Part shown: positions 12,901-27,020 of the stretch, in pieces
Position numbering within the stretch: position 1 is the stretch's first letter
Layout: each line of letters starts with the position of its first letter
Position numbers and translations under genes: made by a program
NCBI GenBank assembly: GCA_951406725.2
Contig: OX597823.1
Span: forward strand, 3,410,001 to 3,474,000
Source of the DNA: Octopus vulgaris
Lineage: Eukaryota
Direction: 5' to 3'
DNA: 64,000 nucleotides
The notes under the pieces: model-generated
The model's input: the letters and a program-made list of their open reading frames with translations, nothing else
What the model was told of the DNA's origin: nothing
Database searches by the model: none

Positions 12901-14560
12901 CAAACCTTGAGCTAGAAGGCAACCAGTTGAGTTATAACCCAACCCCAGAGTTTCTCAGGGTCACTTACGACCGCCAACTCACCTTTACCGCCCATACAAA
13001 CATTGTTTGCAACAAGATGAAGTGACAGGCCACAGCTATATGCAGATTGGCAAATACAGATTGAGGATATGATAAGGAAACTCTTCAAGCTACCTATATC
13101 ACAGCAGGAAGATCCATTATTGAGTATGCAGTGCCGGCTTGGACACCTTGGATCTCGAACACAGCCATGGAGAAATTGGAGGCGAGCCAGCAGTATGCCG
13201 GTCGGGCAATTACTGACCACATGCGCACCACACCATGGGAGGCGATCTTGGCCGAAGCAAACCTAGCTCTGATTGCAACTCGTGCAACCCCAGCTAAGCG
13301 TTATCGGCCTGGAGAAGTCGTATTGAGTCGGCCAAGATAACCCTCGCCAGTTAATTGCAGAAAGGGAAATTCAACAGCGAACAAAGAAGAAGGGTTGGAG
13401 AGAGAAAGCCAAGGAAGCATGGTCCTCCCTATTCGGGGAAAGCAAGCCGCAAAAGCTACCAGATTTGCTGCCGCCATGGTTGGAAATTGGGAACCCGGTG
13501 TTTGAAATAGAAGGGGAGAAGTCAACCAATAGCAAGAAAGATCAGCGGAACGCCATCACTAGATTGAACAAAGACTGGGAGGAGTTTGACTCGACAAGCT
13601 ACAAGGATGGGTCAACGTCATCAGAAAATCAAAACGGAGGAGGCGGTGTCATCACCACACCGGGTCGACTGCCAGAGCCGAGAATAGTTTCAGCAATGAG
13701 CCTGCCAGCAGGAAAATGGTGCTCTTTGTACCAAGCGGAGATGAAAGCCATGAAGCAAGCCTTAAACCTTTTAATCGATGGTTGTAGTGGAAAGAAGGTC
13801 CGAATTGTTAGCGACAGCAAGGCAATGCTCCTGAGGCTGAAGAGCTTGGACCCCTCCAATCCCTTACAAGATGGTGATGAAAGAGAAGTTGTTGAGTTAC
13901 TCCACACTCTTCATCAATAAGAATGCGACCTGACGTTCACGTGGTGCCCCAGTCATCGCAGGATCGTAGGGAATGAGCTGGTGGATGAGAAAGCGAAAGA
14001 GGGACCTGAACAAGATCAAGAGGGGGCAGATTGGCATTATGCAGCAGCAAAGGCGGCTATCAAATGATCGATAAGAAACCCTCCAATGCAGCATGAACGG
14101 TTGCGAAAGGTTTACGGTGAAAGAGGAGAAAAGCCCAATCGCATCAAGGAACGACGGTTGACTCGTAAAGAACAAGTGATGCTTAGCAGAATGCGAAGCG
14201 ACCACCATCCGGATTTGAGAAGCTGGCAGCGCAAGATTGGAAGAATTGAGGACCCTATTTGATGCAATTGCAAAATGGGTTAAGAAACGGGAGAACACGT
14301 GATGTTGGAGTGCCCAGCTATCCATCCGTCGATCCGCGTTCAGCTGACGGACCCTGAGGCGATTGCGAAGGAGACCAGACTGGCACTCAAGGTGTGGGAG
14401 AAATGGCTGAAGATGGGGAGCAGCACTAACCAACTATACAGCCAGTAGTTGCTAAACAGCAACAACAACAACATCAGCATCCTCAGTTACACTTAGGGAT
14501 GATTGAAGTTTTCCTTTATGGTATCACATTGCAGCTTATATTAATGTTGTTTTTTTATAA

Positions 14561-14592
<32 letters not shown>

Positions 14593-14896
14593 CTATATAT
14601 ATGTACACACATCTATATGAGTATATAGATATACATTGATACATGTTTAATATGCGCACATCTTTTTAGATAGATATGTGCCACTCAGTCCAAAAGTTGA
14701 ACCCATGATCTAGTGGTCATGAGTGCAACACCCACACCACCTGACCACACACCTTCACCTTATATATGTGTGTGTGTGTGTGTGTTTTTGTTAGAATAAA
14801 AACAATTTTACATTAAACTGAATGATTACTCAGTATTCATAGAGTACACATTTTTTAAAAAAAACAAAGAAAGAATGGTTATAGAGTTAAAACTTT

Positions 14897-14937
14897 CAGT
14901 CTGATGAAGGCAAGCAGCCGAGACTTCGAAGTCACTG
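14897..14937 (+). ncRNA. Minimal type-I hammerhead motif, Penelope-like (core GAAA mutated to GAGA)
   Basis: CAGT-CTGATGA-A-GGC-aagca-GCC-GAGA-CTTCGAAG-TC-ACTG; palindromic stem III, GUC triplet. Confidence 0.7.
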
Positions 14938-17900
14938 TCACCATTCCTGTGAAAAAATCTGTGTGTGCATTCATGTTACACTGCATGATAATTGTAGATA
15001 AATATCAGTGTCATGTGATTTCCAGTCTTCCCTGAAAACATGTCTGGAAGGGAAAATATTACTTTGTTTGGGAAGAGGTGAGAGTTGGTGGCAAAAAAGG
15101 GAACCTGGCTGAAGAAAATCTGCCCCAATAAATTCTGACCAATCCTTACAAACAGGGAAAAGTGGACACTGTAATGTCCACTTTTCCATGCATGTACAGG
15201 TCAGTTGTGGGGGCAGAATTTCTACTATGGCTGGATGCCCTTCCAGTCACCAACCGTCATCTGTTCCCAAGCAAGATTATATTTCCCCATACCCAGACAT
15301 GCTTTCCATGGAAGATTGGAAATGAACAGCATCGCTTGTATGATGGGGATGCTTGTTTACAGCCCATGCATTTCTGCCCTATTTTCCTGTTCACACAAAG
15401 ACAAGAGTATACACACACACACAGTATGCAAATTAGCAGCCGTTGTAAGTGTTGAGCATATAAACAGACTGGCTTCTTGTTTCTCTGGGATTGGCCAAAT
15501 TGATGTAGATGCGTCTGGTGAGAATCCCATAAGATTCCAATTTCATTTAAACCAGCCAGGTCCAACCAAATATTCTACAAGTTTTATGTTCAAACTATCA
15601 AGATCTGGCCTCTCACACATGCTCTACATTGTCATTCTAAAAGTAAACAATCACATCAAATCAAATAGAAATTGTAGTTGAGCTCCCTGTGCCGGTGGCA
15701 CACAAAAAGCACCATTCGAACGTGGCCAATGCCAGCACCGCCTTGACTGGCTCCCATGCCAGTGGCATGTAAAAAGCATCATCCAATCATGGTTGATGCC
15801 AGCCCCCTCTGGCCCCTGTACCGGTGGCATGTAAAAAGCACCATCCGGTCGTGGTCAATGCCAGCCTCCTCTGGCCCCTGTGCTGGTAGCACCAAAAAGA
15901 GCACCCACTACACTCTCGGAGTGGTTGGCGCTAGGAAGGGCATCTAGCTCTAGAAACACTAACAATGTGAAACCTGAAAGAATTATCTGAATGCCAAAGG
16001 TTTAAAAGATGGTTCATCATTTTTTTTGTTTTGTTTTGTTTTTCACTCTGCAGAAAAACAGCCAAATGAACCGTTTGTAGAGGTAGGAGAGAAGTTACAT
16101 ATGTCTATACAACAGCTTCCACATAGTTTTTTTTTTTTTTGCCTGTGAAATCCACTCAGAATGGTTTGGCTAATGCAGGGCTGCGGTTAAAGACACTTGT
16201 CCTTGGTGGGTCACAGCAGAACTAAACCAAAAGCCAAGTGGTTGGCAAGGAAACTTCTTAACGAAACAGCTCTTTGCAGTCTGAGATCAAACCTACTGAG
16301 GTCAATCTTGCTTTTCATCTTTTCAGGGGTGGGATATCCATAAAGTCTAAGAAATTAGAATGGCAGAATGGTTAGAATCTCAGCAAAGATGCTTAGCAAC
16401 AAGCAACGTCTGTTGTGATTCCTTGCTTTCTAGGTTATAATGATAGTCCAGATTAAACAGCTGGTCACATTAAACCTGCAATAGGTTAGCTTGGATGGGT
16501 TGGCATATGACCAATATAGAAGAACCTAGCAACAGCATGCTGAGGCTTTCATCCAGTTCCAAACTAAAAACAGCTGAATGGAAAAGACCATTAAATACTT
16601 TGATGATGATGATGGTGAAGTTTTTTAACACATAAAGCATGACAGGCCACGATCATGGCCCAGATAGATGCATTTAATTTATGAGTGTATGTTGGGGTCT
16701 AATGTCACTCAAACACTGATACCCCCCAGAATGCAAGTTCAACTAATGACTTTTCAGATGATCTAAAACTTTCCACCATTATTTACTAAGAAGATATTTT
16801 AACTATTTTTTTGTTTTTTATATGTATGTATGGTAGTCTCATTTTCATAAAATGTGCTCAGCAGTCCCTGCTATGTGAGTGCAAGCCCCAGCACTTTATC
16901 AGTTAACATAATAACAAAAGCTTCAAATTTTGTAGGGAGTGGCTAGTCTATTAGATCAAGCTCTGGAAGATGTCCGGTACTTATATTTCATTGGCCCAGG
17001 GAGGATGAAAGGCAAAATTGACTCAAAAAAGATTTATACATCACATCTGAAGGGTTGCAACTATTGACAGCTCAGCATTTGCTGTAGTCTCTTCTCATTT
17101 GACATTTGACAATTAAGCTTAGAAATGTTTGTGTATGAAGGGCAGTGGTGCCACTGGTGCCACGTCCACTCTGTAAAATGATTGGCATCAGGAAGGGCAT
17201 CCAGCTGTAGAAACCATGTTAAAACAGACCACTGGAGCCTGGTTCTGCTGTTGGCCTTGCTAGCATGGAAAATGGATATTACAAGATGATTTTGATGATA
17301 ATGAGGAAGATGATGATGATGATGATGATAACAATAAAAATCAATAACTTAAAATATGTTCTGTTTTATATCTGATAATCAGCCGGCTCAATCATTGTCA
17401 ATATGACAAAGAAATTGCTAACCAAATTCCACAAGCTAATAGAAAACAGAACATTGGAACTGTAGCCCTTTCCAACTACAGATTTGGCAAAAAACAAAAA
17501 CAATGGACATCAAATGAGTTTTTTCTCAAAGAAACGTATATACTTTTGATCCCTCCAACTCTTACAATACAAGTATTTTTTTTGTTTTCAACTGAATCCT
17601 CTCACAATCAAACAGACTTTGTAATGTTCATGAAGTGTTGTTGAAGCTTTTTTTTTTGGTTTTTTGGTTTTTTTTGGTCTTTTTTTGTTGTTTTTTTTTT
17701 TTTTTCAATATTTGGGATTTCCATCTGAAAATAGGAATCACAAAAAAAAAAATGTTCCTCGCACAAGAAATAAATTAATATAATAATCAAATTATAATTA
17801 AATATAAAATAAAATATTTACTTACAATAATAATGAGTATCAATGAATTTTTTTTTTTTTTTTACCTAATTTTAGGAACTGGAGCTGGGGTTACGTATGA

Positions 17901-18018
17901 ATTTTCAAATAAACAACTGGTCCTAATTTGTGTGGGTCTGAATTTATATAATACATCTGAGCCTCTCAGTATGATCAATGAAACTCTGAGTCTATCAACA
18001 TGTGTGTGTGTGTGTATG

Positions 18019-18058
<40 letters not shown>

Positions 18059-21000
18059 AAATGTGTGCATGTATATATGTAGATAAATAGATACACAAGG
18101 TATGTGTGTCTAAGCCTATTTAATCCAATTATGACCTCTCAGTCTGAAATAGATCTGTGTGCAAGTTTTATTGTTTTGTTGCACTCTATCAACATGTGTA
18201 TATACGTATACACACATACACAAGTTTTATGTGTGAGTGTATATGTTTATATTGTGTCATGTCAATCGAGAGTATTTATTTGGGGACAAATAAGCCAGGA
18301 CAACCTGTCACTGTATTGGGTCATTAGGGAGTAACCTGTTGTCCCAGCCAGGTTACCCTAGGAGAGAAGGGTTGTTAGAAACCAAGCAGGGCAAAACAAG
18401 GTCAAAGGGATAGATGAACCCACTCTAAGGTCAACAACCATCTAGCAATTGTGTGAAAATTTAGAAACACCAAGCTGGCATTCAGTGTACCCTAAAATCA
18501 ATGGGATTGTGCCCACCCTGCAGGCTCTCAATAAAGCACGTTTCAAGGAGGAGGTTACTCTATTGTAAAACCTGAGCAATGCTGTTTGAAGAGAGTGGCA
18601 TATGAGAGCTATTTCTATTTTTCTGCCGTGAAAATCCCTCAGCAGCTCAGTACTGGAATTGTATTTAACTATTGAGCCTTCATACATTGAATTGGACAGG
18701 ATAGGCCACCATTAAATATGTGTGTGTGTGTATACTATATAGCCTCACTGTGTATTAAATAAGAATGTAAACATTCCTTCTACATTATTGATGTAAAGAA
18801 AAACAATGAGGGGGAGTTTCCTGACTGACTGCTTCAAGTTGATCACTCTTCAGAGAAGTAACCCCGTTTCCTTAGTCAATGGCAGAGATCAGCTGCTTAT
18901 AAAGTAATCATAGATTAGGCTAGCACATTAGTGGATAGCTTAATTGCATATTTGTGCTTTTGACAGCTCATCATCAAATATTTATCTTCAAAACAGTGTA
19001 AATCAGGACCGAAATAAATTACAAAGCCTCACTGTGAGTTAAATAAGAACATAAACAGATTGCTGTTGATGTGTGGATAATGAGGATCTGTTGGTCACTC
19101 CGCAGAGAAGACATACTTGGTTTCTGTCCTCAATCAGTAGCATGCACATATATATATGTGTGTGTGTATATATATATACAGATGCAATTTTAATACAAAT
19201 GTAAGTGATCAAAGATCTGTCACTTTGAATCAGAGGCAAATCCCTTCATAATATCATCATTCAGAAATATCTATCAAAGACTGACTGACCCTTCTGTCTT
19301 CAGGGATGAGGGGTAAAGAAATAGCCGTTCTTACCTGCATTCCTTTGCCAAAGACAGTAAAAACAAGTGCCAATGAAAAAGAATGGTAAAAGCAAATGTT
19401 GGAACTGGACTGTTGAGGAAGCAAAAGTCGCTGCAAGCTGAAAGTTCCACTCGTAATGGCAACACCACTGATTGTCACAGCCAGTGGTTTTAAAAGCCAA
19501 CCATTGTAAGACTGGTCCTAAATCTAACTTAGAAAGTTATGAGCCATATCAAATAAGTTCACCTAATTCAATGCCTTGTTTAATTATAACCAACAGATTC
19601 AGAAAACATGATAAAAATAATTGTTAATAGAAGTAACAAGATCCCTAAAGATTTTTTTTTTTTGCATAATTAACCCTTAGAATACAATTAGATTGGGCTA
19701 TCACTTAGAAGTTATAAAAGAGGTAGAGCTGATCCCTTTAAAAATGTATAAATTCTTTCTTTGTTGAATAGGTAAATTGTGGATAGGATGACCTTCATGT
19801 AAGAGCCACCAGCACGTGGCTCCGGACTAAGGATTCCAGCTGACCAAGCCTGCCCACGTCTCCTGGTTTACCACCTCCACTGGACTTCACCATGTGTGTG
19901 TATGCAGTGTATTGGAAATGTGTATATTCATGTGTGTGAATATATATGTGTAGATATGTGTTTGTCATGTCTGGACACATTTGTATTTACCCAAGAGCAA
20001 TATTGGTTTCCATTTTGGCACAAGGCCAGCAATTTTGCAGAAGAGCGATTAAGTCAATTACATCAATCCCAGTGCTCAACTGGTACTCCAAAAGGATGAA
20101 GGGCAAAGTTGACCTTGGCAGCATTTGAACGATTCTGCCATCTTGCTCCCTTAGACCCAAGTACAATATTAAGCTTATATACGCATGAACTGTGTATGTG
20201 TGTATAGACACATATATGCATGTACACACACACACCTACATATGTGCTGGAGGCCATTGTATCTACACATTGTTTAGGAGGAGGTCAGTGTAAAAAAAAA
20301 TGCAGTCGACAAATAAGTAGAAAATAATATTTAGTTGTCAGTTTTGAAAATGTGTGTGAGTGTTCAAATCCCATGCTAGTTCTATGTTTGGATCCTCCCC
20401 CAACCCCACTCAACATGAACTAAAATTAAATGCTACAGAAAGGACTAACTTAATCTGGGTCTGGTAATGGTCAGAATTCGTGAAATTAGTTTTTCTAAAG
20501 GATTTGTTTATAGCACCTATCATAAAATCATGTGTGTGTGTGTGTATGTGGAAATAAATACATACTTAACAAAATAATAATTAATAATAATAATAAGGGA
20601 TTGGAAAAATAAGATAAAAATGAAGAATGTTGCTGTAAACCCTTAGGAATCTTCATGAGTCTATGGGAAAAAATTTTTTCCCTTTTTTTTTTGGTTTTGT
20701 TTGGAGCAACAACTAAAAAGAATAACAAAATAGACAAACAAGTAAAAATGAAAAAAAAACACAAAAGACAAACGAAAACAAAAAGGTCATTAGTGTTTGA
20801 ATTATACAAGATGGGAAAAAATAATAATTATAATAATAATAGTAATAATAATAATAACAACAATATGATATCACATTCTGTCTTACATAGGTTTGAACCG
20901 GCAACAGCATGGTCAACATTTTAGTATCATGTCTTTGCCCGGAACTTGACCAATATGGAGAAAAACCCACCCACCCCCATTGTATAATGTTCGTATCATC

Positions 21001-21151
21001 TCCATGTGTCCTCCATGTCCAGAGTCTTTCATCTAATTTCATTCTTAAACACCACCACCCCCAGCTCCCCTCCACTGCTGCCAAACACCGGACTGACCGT
21101 TCACCCAAACACCAGCTTGACCACTCACCCATTGAGAGGATGGAGCGGAGG

Positions 21152-21187
<36 letters not shown>

Positions 21188-21632
21188 GCAGAAGGAAAGA
21201 AAGAGAAAAGGTCTAAGAAAATAATTACAAAGGCTCTTTGAATAATTTACTTTCCATTCACACAGGTTTATGGCGAGAAGGGAGTCTGGGAAGAAGAAAA
21301 GGATGACAAAAACAAGGGGGAAGGTGGACCCCCACACTCACCCACCCCCACCCATAAAAGCAGTCATTCAGTGTTTGGCATTTCCTTTCCTTCTGAAATT
21401 CCATCTGGATTAATTAATTAATTAAAAATTAAAAAAACAAAATCTTTATACACTCACACATGCATTCTTACAAGCAGTCAGTCGGCGAATGAAAGACATA
21501 TTTTAGGCGCTGCATATCCTCCTTTGTTGGTTTCTTCTTCTTCCTCCTCTTCACAATGCAGCAAGTTTCAGTTCTCCAGTGACAGTTGACTGTCAGTACT
21601 GTGTTGGTGCTATGCATTTAGTAAGTTCAGTT

Positions 21633-21716
21633 ATATATATGTGTGTGTGTGTGTGAGTATATATATATATATATATATATATATTACATATACATATATT
21701 TTTATATATAATTATG

Positions 21717-21749
<33 letters not shown>

Positions 21750-21768
21750 ATTATGTATATTTATATAT

Positions 21769-21804
<36 letters not shown>

Positions 21805-22430
21805 TGTATATTTATATATTACATATATATATATATATATATATGAGATGCAGCACGGACTTTGTCAGTGAACAGGTCGCGGATTTTAGCGACGAAAATA
21901 TTTTGACAAATTAAACTTAAATGTTGGAGTGAATCGAACGGCTTTTGTGTGTTTCTTAAATGGCTTATAAACACCTCCCACGCTGCAATTGTTTTCGTTT
22001 CAGCACACGATCTCAGATCAAATTACTTGCTATGCGAGTACATCTCCGTAATATATATATATATATATATTTATATGTAATTATATATATATATATATTA
22101 AATTTTTATATACAATCATATATATATTTGTGTGTATAAATATAGATGTGTATGCATATATAAGTGGATGGGTTATATATACATATATGTATGTAATTAT
22201 ATTATCTATATTTATACACACATACAAACATATTATACACACATAAGTATATGTGTATGCATGTATAGATATATGTAATTATATATATTTGGGTTTATGC
22301 ATATGTGTGTAAGTATGAGTTATATATACAAATATACATACGTGTATGTGTATATATATAATCTGTGTGTATACATGTTTATGTGTCCGTGTGTGTATGT
22401 GTATAAATATTTGTGTATTTGATGTATAAA
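21633..22430. repeat. Compound (TA)n/(TG)n microsatellite with a higher-order ~45-bp unit
   Basis: ATAATTATGTATATTTATATATTACA(TA)n repeated at 21700-21840; degenerate TA/TG beyond. Confidence 0.9.
21845..22046. mobile_element. About 200-bp CpG-rich insertion with short TIRs inside a (TA)n tract
   Basis: GAGATGCA...TACATCTC ends; abrupt compositional change within the microsatellite. Confidence 0.45.
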
Positions 22431-22814
22431 TATCTATGTACACGTGTGTTTATACATGTGTGTGCATGTTCTGTAAGTGTATATACTTCCTTTGAAGTGG
22501 TGCCTCTTGGTACTGCCCTACTCCCAAATCAAAACAGACTGGTTGATTTCATGTGGGCCCATGCTTGTCTTCAGATGCACCGAGATCAAGAGTTGAGGAT
22601 CCATGTAGGAGACACCAACAGAACTCCAAATCTATGCATGTCAGTATTTATGTGTGTTGTGAGTGAGAGACAGAGAGACAGAGAGAAAGAGAGAGCATAT
22701 TGTGTGCGTGTCTTTGTGGCGTCTTCAATGTTTACAAGGATGTGTGAGAGAGAAAATAAAATACCAATGAACCCAACAATACAAAAAAAAGAACAGACAA
22801 CAGTCAACAGCAGT

Positions 22815-22989
22815 TCACTGATTGGTCTCATAGGTCGTCAGTAAAGCAGCATCAACTGGTTCCATACACGAAGGACAGGTGAAGGATCGCATCAACCAGT
22901 CGTCGATGCAGTCTCTATGGTAAGTGTGCATACAAGGAAGATAACGTAATGCATCACCGATATTGAATTCTACCATGCATATCACGCAC
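22815..22989 (-). CDS. RNF11: RNF11 last coding exon (RING-H2 domain)
   Basis: Minus strand ttccag|G TGC GTG...CAG TGA. Completes the phase-2 Glu codon and reads CVICMVEFNIGDALRYLPCMHTYHRDCIDDWLMRSFTCPSCMEPVDAALLTTYETNQ*, near-identical to the RNF11 C-terminus. Absent from the ORF track. Confidence 0.97.
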
Positions 22990-24047
22990 CTGGAAAATAG
23001 AAGGAAAAAGGTTAGTGAGTGGTGTGTAAATAATGTTGACGTTACAAGCTAAAGTAGGGGAAAGGGGTTAGTTGACAGAAGCAAGCCCAGGACTTGGCTT
23101 CCATTTTATCAATCCTGAAGAGACAAAAAGTGAAGTTGACATCAGTTGGACTTGAACCGAGATGATTACTGCAAGGAATGCGAATGAGAGCAAGAGAGAT
23201 TCACAGACAGACGGATGTTGGTAAGCCTTGGATGAATTGAGAATAATTAAAACATATCAAGCAAAGAATATTTTCATTAAGATTTTAATTATTTCTTTGA
23301 ATCACACACTAAATCATCATCATCATCATCATCATCGTTTAACGTCCGCTTTCCATGCTAGCATGGGTTGGACGATTTTGACTGAGGGCTGGCGAACCAG
23401 ATGGCTGCACCAGGCTCCAATCTTGATCTGGCAGAGTTTCTACAGCTGAATGCCCTTCCTAATGCCAACCACTCCGAGAGAGTAGTGGGTGCTTTTTACG
23501 TGCCACTGGTACGGGGGCCAGTCAGGCGATTTAATATCCATTTTCTGTGTTGGCATGGGTTGGCCGGTTTGACAGGGGCTGGCAAGGCTGGAAAGCTGCA
23601 CCAGGATCCAGTTGTCTGTTTTAACATGGTTTCTATGGCTGGGTGCCCTTCTTTATTCCAACCACTTTACAGAGTATACTGGATGCTTTTATGTGGCACC
23701 AACAATTCTTAGAACTGTTATCTTTCTGGGTAGGTATGAGAGGCTGGATCTGGTTAGTTTAACCATCAAATAAGAATATTTGGCTCTGATATGGCAGGTG
23801 TAAATGCTAAATGGTTAAGGCCTGACCAGAAGTCAAGAGCTGGAATAGATCCTACAACACTTCTTGCCCAACAAACCATCACTTTGGGGACTGACAGTTT
23901 ATTGCTCCTATAGTGATTAAGAATAAGCAAGATGCGATTTGTCAGCTCTTTGCTCCAAATTTTACACCTGAAGTCATCAAATAGTTATGTTCCTCTGGTA
24001 ACAGTGCATGCCTCCACATCTAACCTAAATGTATATACCTTGTTGGA

Positions 24048-24352
24048 AGGCATGACACTGTGGTTTTCGTCTGAGAGACACTATAGATATATATTGTGTT
24101 ATAAAGCACAATATATCAGAGTGAGGTGAACATCTCCACTACACTTGTGACTATTTTACTCACTGCTTCCTATATATCAAAGCACACGTCTCATCCAGGC
24201 AAAGGACACGGTATGGCAGTGGCAAGCCCCCAAGCGGAGTGAAACATGTCCAACATTCTCGTGAATCACAGTCACGATAACGTTCGTCTCTCTCCAATTG
24301 CGATTTCAACGCAACAGGTGTCTGGAGAGACAAAACCCACAGCATTATGCCT
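24048..24352. mobile_element. Probable MITE with ~35-bp imperfect inverted repeats
   Basis: AGGCATGACACTGTGGTTTTCGTCTGAGAGACAC (24048-24081) versus reverse complement of 24318-24352; CpG-rich interior. Confidence 0.45.
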
Positions 24353-26827
24353 GTCAATAATGTGTAATGCATTTCATAAGAGACACAGACAGCTTCTTTA
24401 GTTTACTGCTAAATTGTCTTCATATGTCAGTTAAAACCAGACCATCCAATGCTGTAACACACCACTGGTCACAATGCGCTTTTGATTGCACCATTCTTTT
24501 TAAAAACAGTCAAATGTGCAGACAGACAGACAGACAGAGATGGAGAAAAGCACGGGTATAGCTGTGAGATAAGTCTGCTTCCCAATCACCTGGTTCCAGG
24601 TTCAGTCCCACTGTAAGGCACCTTGAGATATTGTCTTCTACTATAGCCTTGCCCCAACCAAAGTTCTGTGTAAATGGAAACTGAAAGAAGCCCATCTTGT
24701 GTGTCTTTAGCCTCACCGCCACCACTTGGCAACCAGTGTCGGTGAACCTTAACTCAGCAGGTCCCGATAACGTTCCCATTCTATGCTGGAACCCCCTCGA
24801 TTACGAACCAGCCAAGTTCCAACTGCTAGAAATAACAGCTGAATAAATCCCCTTCAAATTTTCAATCTACCATCTCAGTCCTTTAGCATTTAAACCGATC
24901 AAAATATTCTACCTGTTTTCTCTTTAAACTGGCCTCATCCAACATCTCACGCATACCCTATAATGTCATTCTAAAAATAATCACATCTCAAGCTACGAGA
25001 TAATGCTTCATTGATTTTAAATAACGCAAATAAGCATTGCTTTCGACAGAATTGTCTGAAAACTGAAGGATCTAGAAAGAAAAAGAAAAAAACGTTGAGC
25101 AATGTTGCTTTTCTGCTCTCTCTCTCTCTCTCACGCACACACACACAAATGGGACGGTCATGGATGGAACATCTTTCATCAATGTCTACTCGTTTAGACT
25201 TGTCCTGGGACTATTATAATGCCCGAGACGGATCCAGTCTCTGTACTGTGGAGCTACCTACCAACATTCCATCACCCCCCTCCTCCCACTACTACAATCC
25301 GTGTAACTCGAACAGACATCGAAACGAAAATGTCGCGATGACTTTGATGTTAGATAACTGAAGCAATAAAGAAATTATTTATTTGTCATAGTCTGCCCAG
25401 GCATTTTATTCCGTGCGTTGATGTTACATTGTCACTCCTGTCAGCTTAAGAAATGACCTTTAGCATCAATCATACTGTTGACGTCTGAAGAAATATTTTC
25501 TTATATTTTATTGGCGATCTTTCGACCTGTGTTTGGATTTTCCATCTTGCATTTTATATCTCTCAATCGAAAGATAACCTTTCTTTGTCATTAGCATAAA
25601 AAGAATAAAGACCTCTACGTAGTGGTGGTCTCCTGTTCTACTTTTAAAGAACGAGATGAATATTTGTAAACCATTGTAAAACTGTTGCTTCTTTGAAGAA
25701 TTAAATCTGCCAACGCAAGGGAGGTAATTGCGACGCAAACGGAAGGTAATTCCCTCGCACAAATAAACACAAATAAAATAGTAGTTACGGAAGGAACTAG
25801 TGACACTCAGCACCGGCGGAAGAGGAAATCAATTGGAGATCTTTCGCTTTAGAGACAAACAAGTGCATATTGAAACATGGCAGCTGAGAATAAGCAAAAA
25901 TTAAACTGGAACTTTTGAGTAAACGAAACAAATGTAAATGTTTAAAAGTAGGGTATCAAAATGTTATAAATTAACGCTTTCATATTTTGTAAAAAGTAAT
26001 AAAAATTTAACGACTTATTTAGAAAATTAAAAATATTATTTGAAAGTTTACAGAACAGAAGTTTGTCCAATTATTCGTTTCGGTTACTCGGCATTGCCAA
26101 GTTTAGTTTTCCACATTCTTAAATACTATTTTCAATCTTGCAATCATATATCTCTCATGTGAGACCCCCCCCCCAAAAAAAAGGCATTCAAATATTCGTA
26201 AAACTACACACACGAGCTAATCCAAATCTATTTTTGTATTACCTTGGATTGTTTTTAAATCATTATCAATCCTGCAAATCGCCAGCGCGAAGTTATTGCG
26301 CTAACATCGTGAAAACCAATAGGGGAGGGGGGGAGCCTGTTAGGTTGAAATTTAGACATGATTAATTAAATTTATCTTCCGAAGACTTTCAAATAAAAAA
26401 CCGTACTTTGTACTTTATTTATTTTTCGTTTTGGATTATCTTTTCCTGTGGCCTTAAACTGGAAGAAAAATAATTCCTTGACGCTTTTCGTGACCTCCAA
26501 GGCTGAAAGGAGGGAAAGACTCCACTAAAGGTCCAGGTGGAGGTACTGAATCAGGGTACAGATTAAATCTATTTATCTACCCAAATATACGGCCATCGCA
26601 GTACAACAAACACCACAAGTTATCTGATCCAAAATTTCTTGCAGGCGCAACAAGAGGTTTACTTTCAAACCATAGCAAGTTGATGCAGGGAGTTTATCCC
26701 GACCCCCCCCCGCCTCCGACTTTTAGTTCATGCAACTGAAAAAACTGTATTACTTATATGAATAACCTTTTAGTGAAATCGTAACTATTCCAGAAATAGC
26801 AGCCAAGGTCCACCATTCCAACATATA

Positions 26828-27020
26828 TTTCTTTATAGGGGGCTAAACGGATAAAGTCAATTACATCGACCCTAGTGCGAAACTGGTACTTTATTTATCG
26901 ACCCCGAAAGGATGAAAGGCAAAGTTGACCTCGGCAGAATTTGAACTCAGAACGTAAAGACAGACGAAATACCGCTAAGCATTTTGCCCGGCGTGCTAAC
27001 ATTTCTGCCAGCTCGCCGCC
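26828..27020 (-). repeat. SINE family B (tRNA-like head); representative copy
   Basis: GGCGGCGAGCTGGCAGAA...GAGTTCAAATT (B-box)...GCCTTTCATCCTTTCGGGGTCGATAAATAAAGTACCAG. Many copies, e.g. 4.35, 4.7, 31.1, 31.8, 39.3, 54.7, 61.0 and 62.5 kb. Confidence 0.88.

Larger units (their letters stand above)
9808..14473 (+). mobile_element. Apparently full-length, degenerate Ingi/I-group non-LTR retrotransposon (2A-PHDx4-APE-RT-RNaseH-CCHC)
   Basis: TSD TCAGCATCCTCAG at 9795-9807 and 14474-14486; (AAC)n tail 14455-14473. Domain motifs: APE QWNANG and DIACIQETKL (~10825-11425); RT KAAGPD, YRPISLTS, GVPQGSVLSP, FADD (~12090-12980); RNase H YKDGS, AEMKA, IVSDS, WCPSH..GNE..D (~13590-14005); CCHC knuckle ~14255-14315. 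Many stops and frameshifts. Confidence 0.93.

Noticed and set aside
15685-15910. Regularly spaced repeats resembling a CRISPR array
   Set aside because: They are internal tandem units of SINE family A with related spacers; the context is eukaryotic and there are no cas genes.
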